DNA from: an uncultured delta proteobacterium
GTDB lineage: Bacteria > Desulfobacterota > Syntrophia > Syntrophales > UBA5619
Reading direction: 5' to 3'
DNA length: 64,000 nucleotides
Assembly (NCBI GenBank): GCA_963817385.1
Contig: CAWFOM010000005.1
Coordinates: 160,001-224,000 of the forward strand
A model generated the notes under the pieces. That model was given only the letters and a program-made list of their open reading frames with translations. It was not told the DNA's origin and did no database searches. The position numbers were made by a program, and so were the translations under genes. This document shows, one piece after another, positions 49,487 through 59,953 of this stretch; position 1 is the stretch's first letter, and each line of letters starts with the position of its first letter.

Positions 49487-51746
49487 ATGAAGCTTCGGGC
49501 GAAAAGAAAAGCACTGTTTCGTTCCCTGCGTCTCTCGCTGCGGTTCATCGTTCCTCTCGCCATCGCACTGGCGATACTGGCCTATTCCGTCGTGCCTCTT
49601 GTCGATAGGCTCAATCTCCGCTGGTCCGTCCGTGACATGGACATCCGTGCAAAGCTCATCGCCAGCACTCTTCAGGAACCTCTCACCGATCTTCTGCAAC
49701 AAGGCAACAAATCCAAAATCAACGCCTTGTTCGCGCGTGCGCTTCGGGATGAACGGCTCTTTGCCCTCGGTTACTGCGACGAGGGGGGGAACATGCTCCA
49801 TCGCACGCCGACATTTCCGAAGGATCTCAGTTGTACCTCGCCCGGTCCATCGGCGGATAAGCCGGGCCTTCTGCTGAAATTGCCCCAAGGGCTGGTCCAT
49901 GTTGCGGTAAGTCCCTTGGCCTATGAAGGCATGCCCGCCGGGACCCTGATACTGGTCCATGACATGAGTTACGTCGAGAGGCGAAGCACCGATACGCGGA
50001 AATATATCATCCTGCTGTTTGTCGTTCTCGGTGTGGTTACCTCACTGATCACGGTCTTCGTGGCCCACCTGAGCTGGCGCGGCTGGATGGAGGGCGTCAG
50101 GGCGATGTTGCGTGGCGAAGGGATACTGCGACCCTTCTCACGGCCCACAAACTCCGAATTGGAACCGCTCGTGGGCGATCTGCGCAGCCTGCTGCGGACG
50201 ATTGACGAAGAACGGCGTTTTGCCGACGATGCCACCATCTCCTGGACGCCCGATACCCTGCGGGGCCTTCTCCACAAGCAGCTGTCCGGCGACCAGGTGC
50301 TGGTCGTCTCCAATCGGGAGCCCTACATCCACATGAAGAGTGAAACGGGCATTGAAGTGAAACGGCCGGCAAGCGGACTGGTCACAGCGGTCGAACCGGT
50401 CATGCGCGCCTGTTCGGGGACATGGATTGCCCATGGCGGGGGCACCGCCGATCGGGAGGTCGTGGACCGGCACGACCGGGTGTCGATCCCTCCCGGGCAT
50501 GCCGATTATACGCTGCGGCGCATCTGGCTCACCAAGGAGGAAGAGGACGGCTATTACTACGGGTTTTCCAATGAAGGTCTCTGGCCTCTGTGCCACATCG
50601 CCCATGTTCGCCCCATTTTCCGCACCAGCGATTGGGAACAGTATGTGGCGGTGAACCAGCGCTTTGCCGATGCCGTGGTCGAGGAAGCCGACAGAGACGA
50701 CCCGGTGGTCCTCGTGCAGGACTATCATTTTGCCCTCCTGCCGGCCATGATCCGCAGGCTCCTGCCCCGGGCGACACTGATCACCTTCTGGCACATTCCC
50801 TGGCCCAACCCCGAATCCTTCGGCATCTGCCCCTGGCGTGAGGAATTGCTCCAGGGCATGCTCGGCAGCACCATCCTCGGCTTCCATACGCGTTTTCACT
50901 GCAAAAACTTTCTGGAAACCGTCGACCGCTATCTTGAAACCCGCATCGAGCACGAATCGTCGACCATCTCCCACGGCAGCATGCTGACCCTGGTGGAGAG
51001 CTATCCCATCTCGATCCAATGGCCGCCCCCCTGGCAGGAGACGCAGCCATCGGTGGAAGAGTGTCGCGCCTGGGTACAGCAGGCCCTGCACCTGGATAAG
51101 GATCGCCTGATCGGATTGGGTGTGGACCGTCTGGATTACACGAAGGGCATCCTCGAACGCCTGCGGGCCGTTGAACTCCTGCTGGAACTGCATCCCGAGA
51201 TGATCGGCCGCTTCACGTTCATCCAGACTCGCCGCCCCCTCCCGTTCCATCCTTGAAGACTACCAGGCCCTGGACACCCGGGTACGCTCCCTGGCCGCAC
51301 GGATCAATGAACGGTTTTCCCGCGGTTCGTATCAGCCGGTCTGTCTCAGGATCGAACACCACGAACCCGAAGTGATCAACCGCTACTACCGCGCCGCCGA
51401 TGTCTGCATGGTGACGAGCCTCCATGACGGCATGAATCTCGTGGCCAAGGAATACGTGGGCTCCCGCGACGATGAACGGGGCGTTCTGGTGCTGAGCCAG
51501 TTTACCGGCGCGGCTCATGAACTGCACGAGGCCCTGATCGTCAACCCCTATCACATAGAACAGACGGCGGATGCATTGTTCCAGGCCCTGACGATGCCCG
51601 ATTTCGAACAACGGGAAAGGATGTGCAGCATGCGCGCCCTGGTGAGGGACTTCAATGTTTATCGCTGGGCCGGGAGGATGCTGATCGATGCGGCGCGCAT
51701 CCGGCAGCGGGAAAAGCTTGCCGTCCGGATCGGTCGCCCGTTATGA
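49487..51746 (+). CDS. otsA: Trehalose-6-phosphate synthase with N-terminal two-TM extracytoplasmic domain (frameshift near 51228)
   Basis: [38 protein letters not shown]; about 265-aa N-terminal extension. Confidence 0.9.
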
Positions 51747-52528
51747 CACGACGGGCGGCCATGACCTATCTGTTCAGTGACGCCGGACTCGCGGCCTTGC
51801 ACGCCTTCATCGATCCTGCAACCCTGTTCGCATTTGATCTCGACGGGACCCTCGTCCCCATTGTCGCCGGCCCCGGAGACATCCGGGTGCCGCAGGCTGT
51901 TCGTATGGCACTCGCCGAACTTAAGGATCGGGCGGCGATGGCGATCATCACCGGCCGTTCCCGAATGGACGCCCTGCATCATCTCGGCGTCGAACCCCGG
52001 TACCTTGTCGGAAATCATGGGTCGGAAGGGCTCCCCGGGTGGGAACGGTACGAGGAGGATTTCAGGCGGCTGGCGGGCGAATGGGAACGGCAACTGCACG
52101 GGATGATTCCCGATGGAGAAACTTCAGGTATTGTGGTCGAAAACAAGGGCATGTCGGTTTCGATCCACTATCGCGGTGCCGGAAACAGGCCGGCGGCCCG
52201 ATCTCTTGTGCTTAGCGCCATTGGCCGGCTCGTCCCCCAACCCCGGGTGGTCGGCGGGAAGTATGTCGAGAACCTGCTGCCCGAGGAAGCGCCCGACAAG
52301 GGGGTGGCGCTCCTGCAACTGATGAGCCGGGCGGGATGTGCGAAGGGGTTTTTTGTGGGTGATGACCAGACCGATGAGGACGTCTTTCATCTGGACCGGA
52401 AGGAGCTCTTCACCGTGCGCGTGGGGATCGGGACAAGAAGCAGGGCTTGCTTTTTCCTGCGGGACCAGGGAGAGATCCTGTTGCTCCTCCGCCACGTTAA
52501 TGATGCACTTGCACAAATGAATCCGTAA
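51743..52528 (+). CDS. otsB: Trehalose-6-phosphate phosphatase
   Basis: FDLDGTL, ITGR, GNHG, DKG, GDDQTDED. Confidence 0.92.
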   Translation: MTRRAAMTYLFSDAGLAALHAFIDPATLFAFDLDGTLVPIVAGPGDIRVPQAVRMALAELKDRAAMAIITGRSRMDALHHLGVEPRYLVGNHGSEGLPGWERYEEDFRRLAGEWERQLHGMIPDGETSGIVVENKGMSVSIHYRGAGNRPAARSLVLSAIGRLVPQPRVVGGKYVENLLPEEAPDKGVALLQLMSRAGCAKGFFVGDDQTDEDVFHLDRKELFTVRVGIGTRSRACFFLRDQGEILLLLRHVNDALAQMNP

Positions 52529-52577
52529 ACGCCGCGGAAAATGCGCTCGCGGAAGGATTCACCGGGAGGGAAAGAAC

Positions 52578-53945
52578 ATGTTGACACAAAGAGTTGCGAA
52601 TTTTGTCGGCGGCGTACGGACAGAGGATATTCCCCGGGATGCGCTTGACAAAGCCCGCCTTGGGATTACCGATTTCATCGGTGTTGCCGTAGCGGGGTCG
52701 CAAGAAGAGTCGAGCAGGCTCATCAGGGAGTACGGAACCGCGATGGGCGGCGCGGCCGAGGCGAGCATTATCGCGGCGGACGGGAAAACGTCCATCGAGA
52801 TGGCGGCCCTGATCAACGGAACAATGGGGCACGCGCTGGATTACGATGACATGTCGGTTGCTCCGATCGCGCACCCGTCGGTATTCCTGGCCCCGGCCAT
52901 TCTGGCGGTCGGCGAGAGCATCGATGCGCCGGGCCGGGAGGTCCTCGCGGCGTACGTCGTGGGGTATGAGGTTGCCTGTTGCGTCGCCGAGCCGATGTTT
53001 CAGAGTCACTATGTCCAGGGATGGCACAGCACGTCCACATTCGGGAGCCTGGGGGCGGCGGCGGCGGTGGCGTGGCTGTTGAAGCTGAATCCCCGACAGG
53101 TAACAATGGCGATAGGGATTGCGGCGTCCCTGGCGTGCGGGCTCAGGCAGAACTTCGGCACCATGACCAAGCCGCTGCACGCGGGCAAGGCGGGCGCGAA
53201 CGGAGTTCAGGCAGCCTTTTTGGCCCGGGCGGGATTTACCGCCGATGCGAGTATTATCGAGGCGCCGCTGGGTTTTGCCAAGGTCATGGGACACAGCGCC
53301 GAGGTTGACTGGTCCGCCGTGGGAGCAAACTTGGGGAAGACGTTTGTGATTACCGGCCCGGTCGGCATTGCCATCAAGCCGTATCCGTCGTGCGGCTTTA
53401 CCCACACGGCTATAGACTGTGCACTGGATCTCAGACAACAGGGGGTCAAGACCGAAGAGATCGTTGCGATTGAGTTGGGCACGACCCCCTTTGACAGGCA
53501 ACTGCTCATCCACCATCGACCCGGGACCGGATTGGAAGGAAAGTTCAGTCTTGAGTACTGCGTGGCCCGCGCTCTCGTCTCAGGGGCGGTCCGCTTGAAC
53601 CACTTTTCCGACAAAGGGGTGCGGGAGCCTGATGTGCTCGGTTTGATGGGACGGATGAAATGGGTGGAGAAGTTCCCGATGCCGGTCATGGGGACCCCGG
53701 AGGGGTTCGGCGCCAAGAGTGTGACCGTTACGCTGAGAAACGGCGAGAACCATGACTCAACAGTCCGTGTCGCCAAAGGGATGCCGACGAATCCGCTCAG
53801 TGCTCATGAATTCAACGCAAAGTATCGGGATTGCGCCTCCCGGGGTTTATCGGAGGAGGCGGTTGAGGAGTCGTTATCACTGCTGACCGGCATGCAGAGG
53901 GTGGATGCGGTGAGGAAAATTATGGAGCGGATATCCAAGGCATAA
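52578..53945 (+). CDS. MmgE/PrpD family protein
   Basis: HALDYDD, HP, GWH, KPLHAG, KPYPSC, KFS. Confidence 0.92.
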   Translation: MLTQRVANFVGGVRTEDIPRDALDKARLGITDFIGVAVAGSQEESSRLIREYGTAMGGAAEASIIAADGKTSIEMAALINGTMGHALDYDDMSVAPIAHPSVFLAPAILAVGESIDAPGREVLAAYVVGYEVACCVAEPMFQSHYVQGWHSTSTFGSLGAAAAVAWLLKLNPRQVTMAIGIAASLACGLRQNFGTMTKPLHAGKAGANGVQAAFLARAGFTADASIIEAPLGFAKVMGHSAEVDWSAVGANLGKTFVITGPVGIAIKPYPSCGFTHTAIDCALDLRQQGVKTEEIVAIELGTTPFDRQLLIHHRPGTGLEGKFSLEYCVARALVSGAVRLNHFSDKGVREPDVLGLMGRMKWVEKFPMPVMGTPEGFGAKSVTVTLRNGENHDSTVRVAKGMPTNPLSAHEFNAKYRDCASRGLSEEAVEESLSLLTGMQRVDAVRKIMERISKA

Positions 53946-54202
53946 TTACCACTCCTTCAACAGCTTTCACCTTGCTTACCCCGCGGAAAGCTGCGGGGAA
54001 TGTTCTCGCGGCGGATTCAAGATTACCACAACAAAAAAGGCGGAACTTTCACTCAACATGTGGTATGGACCTCGGTGTAGATCGGCCGGCGACAACCGCA
54101 GAAAGCACATTCCTGCTTTCCGCATCGATACAACCTGGTTACGCGAGTCAGAACAATGCGCGGATGACACATCAACTATGATGACTGGATAGAGGAGGTA
54201 TA

Positions 54203-55783
54203 ATGACAACTGAGGCCCCGGCTATTTCGATTCATAAATCCCCTACCCCTGAATATCCGTTAAAACCCGTGCATCTTCCAAAATCGACAAAACGTCCGGG
54301 TCCTATGATTCCCCGGATGCGAAAAGTCTTTTTGATCTATTCATTCCTGGCGAATGCCCTTCTTCTCGGTGTCGGAACGGGCACCTGCCTGGCTTCCGGA
54401 ACGGCGGCGGCTCATCCCATCGGTCAGTCCCTGGCCGTCTGGACGATCATTCCCTTCGCGGGGATCCTATTATCAATCGCCCTGTGTCCACTTCTGACGC
54501 CCCATTTCTGGCACCGTCATTTCGGAAAGGCATCGGCGTTCTGGGCGCTCCTGTTTGCCCTTCCGTTTCTGTATGTCTACCGGGGCGTCGCCTTTTACGA
54601 GATCCTCCACATCTTCCTTATCGATTATATCCCCTTCATCATCCTTCTCTGCGGGCTCTTCACGATATCCGGCGGCATCGTGCTGCGAGGCTCGCTCCGG
54701 GGTTCGCCCGCCGTCAACACCGTCATGCTGCTGATCGGGACCCTGCTGGCCTCTTTGATCGGCACAACAGGCGCTTCCATGGTGATGATCCGGCCGGTCC
54801 TCCGGGCCAATAAAAATCGCGTGAAGAAATCACACATTATCTGTTTTTTCATCTTCCTCGTGGCCAATATCGGGGGCTCCCTCACCCCCCTCGGCGATCC
54901 GCCCCTCTTCCTGGGCTTCCTGCACAACGTCCCCTTCTTCTGGGTGACGACGCACCTCCTGCCCCACATGCTGTTAGCTTCCCTGCTCCTTCTGGCCCTC
55001 TTTTATGTCATCGACCGGCACTACTTCCGTAAAGAGGAGAGGGAATCCCTGCCGCCGGCAACAACCACGGAAAAAGGCGAGGCGTTCGGGATCGAGGGCG
55101 TCCATAATTTCGCCCTTCTGGCCGGGGTCGTGGTTGTCATTCTCATCAGCGGCTACTGGCGGCCAGGTAATATTTCGGTCTTGGGCGTCACCGTCGATCT
55201 TCAGAACCTGCTCAGGGACGGGATGATCATCGTGCTGGGGCTCCTGTCCCTGTATAGTACGCCGAAACGGCTTCGGGAGGCCAACGAGTTCAGCTGGTTT
55301 CCCATCCTGGAGGTGGCGAAGCTCTTCGCCGCGATCTTCGTGACCATCATCCCGGCCCTGGCCATCCTGAAGGCCGGCACGCAGGGCGCCCTGGCAGCGC
55401 TTATCACGGCGGTCGAGACGCCCGCCCACTACTTCTGGGCCTCGGGCGCGCTGTCTTCCTTCCTTGACAACGCCCCAACCTACCTGACCTTTTTCAACAT
55501 GGCCCTGGGGAAAATCGGGCTCTCCGAGGCGGCGGTGCCGGCGGCCCTGGCGGCGGGTACGGCCGCGACGAACCCCATCTTCATCAGCTACCTCCAGGCG
55601 ATATCCGCCGGGGCGGTTTTCATGGGCGCCAACACTTATATCGGAAATGCCCCGAATTTCATGGTGAAATCGATCGCCGAAGAGGCGGGGGTGAACATGC
55701 CCAGCTTTTTCGGTTACATGTTCAAGTACTCCATACCGTTCCTGATTCCGGTCTTTATTCTCATAACGTTTATCTTCTTTTAA
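54203..55783 (+). CDS. Putative Na+/H+ antiporter (IT superfamily)
   Basis: Multi-TM; NIGGSLTPLGDPPL, SSFLDNAPTY, TYIGNAPN; start uncertain. Confidence 0.85.
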   Translation: MTTEAPAISIHKSPTPEYPLKPVHLPKSTKRPGPMIPRMRKVFLIYSFLANALLLGVGTGTCLASGTAAAHPIGQSLAVWTIIPFAGILLSIALCPLLTPHFWHRHFGKASAFWALLFALPFLYVYRGVAFYEILHIFLIDYIPFIILLCGLFTISGGIVLRGSLRGSPAVNTVMLLIGTLLASLIGTTGASMVMIRPVLRANKNRVKKSHIICFFIFLVANIGGSLTPLGDPPLFLGFLHNVPFFWVTTHLLPHMLLASLLLLALFYVIDRHYFRKEERESLPPATTTEKGEAFGIEGVHNFALLAGVVVVILISGYWRPGNISVLGVTVDLQNLLRDGMIIVLGLLSLYSTPKRLREANEFSWFPILEVAKLFAAIFVTIIPALAILKAGTQGALAALITAVETPAHYFWASGALSSFLDNAPTYLTFFNMALGKIGLSEAAVPAALAAGTAATNPIFISYLQAISAGAVFMGANTYIGNAPNFMVKSIAEEAGVNMPSFFGYMFKYSIPFLIPVFILITFIFF

Positions 55784-55798
55784 CGGGGAGGGGGTATC

Positions 55799-56386
55799 AT
55801 GAATGAGCAATATTACGAGGTTGTTGTCGAGGGTAACCTCGACCTGATGAAGGGGTTTGTGATGGGCTTTCTCGCGGGTCGGGGCATCGAAGGCAGCGTG
55901 TTCTTTGACCAAGAATGCCACATCGAAGGGGAGTGCTCAACGGGCCCTCTCATGCGGCTGATAGGCATCCGCGACAACGCCGGTATCGTGATCGTCGGAT
56001 CGGGGCTCCATGACCTCCTCGTTGCCGTGCTGAACAGACATCCGCAGGTCATCCCGCTGCGCATCCGGAAAGTCCGTCAGGTGTTGAGCGCTGCATTCGA
56101 CTGCAAATTCCGGGCGTACTCCCGGGAGGTCGGCGCGGAGCTCAAGGAGATCTTCAGCCGGATTCCGGAAGGGGTTGACGGGGAATCGGGGTTTGAAATG
56201 CATGAAAAGCTCGATCCCGAGGGCAAGGGGTTGGAGATGTTCACCCCCCTTCACGATTATGAGTTGACGGGGAAGGGGCGGATAGCGGGTTCGGTAAAAG
56301 AGGTCCTGCATCTGTACCACCGGCTGGGACGCTTCGAGGTGGTCGAACTGGGTGAGCTGGAACTCACATTCGGGAAACCCTTGTGA
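55799..56386 (+). CDS. Hypothetical protein
   Basis: 195 aa ORF with GGAGG RBS, directly after the antiporter. Confidence 0.75.
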   Translation: MNEQYYEVVVEGNLDLMKGFVMGFLAGRGIEGSVFFDQECHIEGECSTGPLMRLIGIRDNAGIVIVGSGLHDLLVAVLNRHPQVIPLRIRKVRQVLSAAFDCKFRAYSREVGAELKEIFSRIPEGVDGESGFEMHEKLDPEGKGLEMFTPLHDYELTGKGRIAGSVKEVLHLYHRLGRFEVVELGELELTFGKPL

Positions 56387-56435
56387 ATGCAGGTTCCGGC
56401 GCACCATACGGGGATGAAATCTCGATAAAATATCC

Positions 56436-56464
56436 TTGACACTCACAGCAGCCCATCGTAAACT
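56436..56464 (+). promoter_or_regulatory. Sigma70-type promoter of TAXI-TRAP genes
   Basis: TTGACA-N17-TAAACT. Confidence 0.65.
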
Positions 56465-56533
56465 CCCCGCGTGGAAAAGTAGGTCCTTATCAATAACAAC
56501 GTTCCAATGAAATGCAATCAAAGGAGGGAAACG

Positions 56534-57577
56534 ATGTTGAAGACAAGACCGAGTCACCAGTTCGCGGCATTCCTGGCGGCCCTTGCCGCCGTCTTCGCTT
56601 TTTCGGCGATCAATCCTGCTCATTCTGCAGAGCGCAAGTCGATCCGCTGGGCAACGTCCAGTACGGGCTCTTACGGCTATAAGGTCGCGGCCCAGATGAC
56701 CAAGGTGTTGGAGGACGCTCTCGGCGGCGAATATACCGTCACGGTCAATCCCTATCCATCGACCACCGCCGCCATGAAGGCGACGATGGACGGCAATGGG
56801 GAGATCGGCTACACGGCCGACGTCGGGATGACCGAAGTCTATGAGGGCACCGGCGGCTTCAAGGACTACAAGGCCGCCAAATCGAATATGGTCCACACCT
56901 GGTATGCATACCCGATGGAGTCGTTCATGGCCGTGTACGCGCCGAAAGCCGGCCAATTCAAGTCCTGGGGCGACTTCAGCGGCAAGCCGGTCTTCTTCAC
57001 CCCCGCCGGCTTCATGAACTGGCTCAATTTCCAGCGCATCTTCAAGGCGCTCGGCTATCAGTTCAAACACGTCCAGATCGGCGAGGCGGCCCAGGGCGAC
57101 GCGCTCCAGGGCGGCACCATTGTCGGCGCCGTCGCCTACACGACCGCCGGCCGGTCGCTCGCGTCCTACTGGCGCGAGACCGAGCTGCGCATCGACATCA
57201 AGGTGATCAACCCGAGCCCGGAAGAGGTCAAGAAACTGACCGCGGCGGGCCTCGCCCCCGTGGAGATCGACCCGGCGAAGGCATTCAGCAAGGACGTAGG
57301 CGTGAAGACGGTCCTGGGCGTGCCGATCCTCTTCGGCTACAACGTTCGCGCGGACATGCCCGAGGATGTCGTCTACAAGATGCTGGGCAGTTTCTATAAG
57401 GAGCGTGACAACCTGGCCAAGGCCGATCCGGGTTTCGGACCCATGGCGCGCGACTTCGTCGGCATGCAGGTGAAAGGCATCAATGCCAATCCGACCATTC
57501 CGGTGCATGCGGGGCTGGTGAAGTTCCTCAAAGATCATAAGGCGTGGAACGACAAGTGGAAGATCGCCGGCAAGTGA
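56534..57577 (+). CDS. TAXI-family TRAP solute-binding protein
   Basis: Signal peptide, ATSSTGSYGY, IPVHAG C-terminal motif. Confidence 0.85.
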   Translation: MLKTRPSHQFAAFLAALAAVFAFSAINPAHSAERKSIRWATSSTGSYGYKVAAQMTKVLEDALGGEYTVTVNPYPSTTAAMKATMDGNGEIGYTADVGMTEVYEGTGGFKDYKAAKSNMVHTWYAYPMESFMAVYAPKAGQFKSWGDFSGKPVFFTPAGFMNWLNFQRIFKALGYQFKHVQIGEAAQGDALQGGTIVGAVAYTTAGRSLASYWRETELRIDIKVINPSPEEVKKLTAAGLAPVEIDPAKAFSKDVGVKTVLGVPILFGYNVRADMPEDVVYKMLGSFYKERDNLAKADPGFGPMARDFVGMQVKGINANPTIPVHAGLVKFLKDHKAWNDKWKIAGK

Positions 57578-57849
57578 TCGGACAACGGGCTTGCCGGGGG
57601 AGGGGAACCTGCGCCGCGACGGCGCCGGCTCCCGCCCCCGCACCTTACCAATCGCATGCAATTCGAAGAATCAGCGAAGCGAAGATAATACCATGGTCCG
57701 CGTGCGGCCGGGATCGGGTGCACGCAATAACGACGGATGGGAAAGTTCGTCTGTGCATTGTTTTGCTCTTTGCTGAGCATCGTCACTTATCGTATCGGCG
57801 CTGTGGGCCGGAAGGCCGCAGACGCTTCGGGCCATAAAGGGGGGAACCC

Positions 57850-59811
57850 ATGCTGAGTGACCGGATTACGCGCCACGTTAACCTTCAGAACCTGATATTC
57901 CTCTTGTCGATCTTCATGTTTGCCTGGCTATGCTGGTACTTCTACACCGGCTACGGCGGCCCGACCGAACTCGTGGCAAACCTTGTGCCGATCGCCCTGA
58001 TGCTGCAGATCCTGCACCTGCACAAAAACGGTTTTATCTACAAGCGGCTGCCGCCGCTCGCGAATCATATCATCGTCGTTGTCTACCTCGCCGTCTGCTG
58101 TTACGCCTTCTACCATTTTCATGTGGAGTACGAGCAGATCTCGATCTGGCGGCAGGGTTCCTACACCACGGAAGATTTCATCATGGGCCTGTTGGTCTTC
58201 CTCCTGGTGATGGAGCTCTCACGGGTCGTCCATACTGAGTTGTTCTGGATGAACGCGGTTCTGGTGGTCTATACGCTTTGGGGTTACCTGAGCCCGGTCG
58301 ACTTCTTCTGGCATCCGGGCACCTCCTTCTACCGGGTGATCACCTCGAGCACGGTCGAACTCTCAACCGGCATCTACGGGCAATACGCCCAGATCGCTCT
58401 GACGACGATCGCGGCGTTTTTGCTTCTGGCGGCGGCGGCGCGCGGCTTCGACGCCCAGGGGGCGATGGTCAGTTTCATGCAGCGGATCGCCGGAAAGTCG
58501 CGGCAAACGATCCCCCAGACGGCGGTGCTCGCCTCCTCCGCGGTCGGCATGATCAGCGGGAGCGGCGCGGCCAACGCCACCGTGGTCGGCGCCTTCACGA
58601 TCCCGCTGATGAAACGCTACGGCGTCCCGGGGGAGTTCGCCGCTGCGGTGGAAACCGCGGCATCGATGGGCGGGCTCATCATGCCGCCGGTGATGGCGGT
58701 CGCCGGTTTCGTGATGGCGGAATTCCTCGGCGTCTCCTACTGGAGCGTGACGCTCCGCGGCTTTTCCCTCGCCTTCATTTACTACTCCACGCTCTCCCTG
58801 TCCGTGTATCTGCTGAGCGTGAGGCTGATGCCCTCCACGCCGATCGAGAAGATCACGTTGCCGGCCTACGACCAGATCAAGACGGCGATTTTCTTCATCG
58901 GGATCATCTTTCTCACCGTCCTGATGGGAGTGCTCAACTACGGGGAGCAGCTCGCAGGGCTCTATACCGGGGCCTTCATGTTCTCGCTCCTCATCCTGCT
59001 CTATCTCTATTTCAAGTATCTGCGGAAGGACCCGGCGGCGGACAAGGATTCGCTCTGGGCAAACATCCGCATCACGATCGAGACGCATGCCGAGATGACC
59101 TCCTTCCTGACGCTGCTCCTGGCGACGCTCGGCATCATGGTCGGCCTGTTCACCGTTACCGGCTTCATCAACCGGATGGGAGGGATAATGCTGCGCGTCG
59201 GCGAGTGGAACGTCGTCGCCCTCATCCTGATGGCCTGGGTGTTCGGCTGGCTCGTCGGCGCGGGGCTCCCGCCGACGGCGACCTACATCGTTCTCGCGGT
59301 CATCATCGTGGACCCCATGCGCAAGCTCGGCATCGACCCCTGGATCGCGCATTTCTTCTGCTTTCTCTTGGCCGTGTGGGGCGAGCTGTCGCCGCCGACT
59401 TCGCTCGCCGCGGCGGTCTCCGCGCGGATCGCGGAGGCGTCATTCATCAAGACCATGTGGGAGGCGCTGAAACTCTGCCTGCCCATCACCATCATGACAT
59501 TTGCCATTTTCACCCGCTCCGACATCGTGGTAAGCCCGGGCTGGTGGCAGGTCGCCGATACCTTCATCGTGGCGCTCGGCTGCTGCAGCTTGACCTTCGC
59601 CCTGTTCGGAAGGTTTTTCCACAACGGGCGGGCGGACCTGATCATGCGCGCGGTATTTGCGCTCGCCGCGTTCGTGATGCTATTCCACCCGAATGACAAT
59701 GTACCCCGGATGATGGTCGTGATCGTCCTGCCGGCGGTGATTTACGGCGTCGTGCGCCACCGGCGGATCGCCCCGCCGAAGAGCGAGCCGCAGCCCCAGC
59801 CGGCCGTCTAA
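57850..59811 (+). CDS. TRAP transporter fused permease (4TM/12TM)
   Basis: ISGSGAAN, TIPLMKR, GGLIMPPVMA, GLPPTATY, SPP. Confidence 0.9.
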   Translation: MLSDRITRHVNLQNLIFLLSIFMFAWLCWYFYTGYGGPTELVANLVPIALMLQILHLHKNGFIYKRLPPLANHIIVVVYLAVCCYAFYHFHVEYEQISIWRQGSYTTEDFIMGLLVFLLVMELSRVVHTELFWMNAVLVVYTLWGYLSPVDFFWHPGTSFYRVITSSTVELSTGIYGQYAQIALTTIAAFLLLAAAARGFDAQGAMVSFMQRIAGKSRQTIPQTAVLASSAVGMISGSGAANATVVGAFTIPLMKRYGVPGEFAAAVETAASMGGLIMPPVMAVAGFVMAEFLGVSYWSVTLRGFSLAFIYYSTLSLSVYLLSVRLMPSTPIEKITLPAYDQIKTAIFFIGIIFLTVLMGVLNYGEQLAGLYTGAFMFSLLILLYLYFKYLRKDPAADKDSLWANIRITIETHAEMTSFLTLLLATLGIMVGLFTVTGFINRMGGIMLRVGEWNVVALILMAWVFGWLVGAGLPPTATYIVLAVIIVDPMRKLGIDPWIAHFFCFLLAVWGELSPPTSLAAAVSARIAEASFIKTMWEALKLCLPITIMTFAIFTRSDIVVSPGWWQVADTFIVALGCCSLTFALFGRFFHNGRADLIMRAVFALAAFVMLFHPNDNVPRMMVVIVLPAVIYGVVRHRRIAPPKSEPQPQPAV

Positions 59812-59953
59812 GCGGGCCCTGGTCGGGTGTTGAAACACCCTGCTAAGATCAAACCATCAGTGCTCCAGGGAGCAAGGGGGACGGCCGCACCTTCCGGGTC
59901 TCTCCGATACGGCACACGGGAAGGTAGGAACAGTCAACTACGGGGAAGACGCG

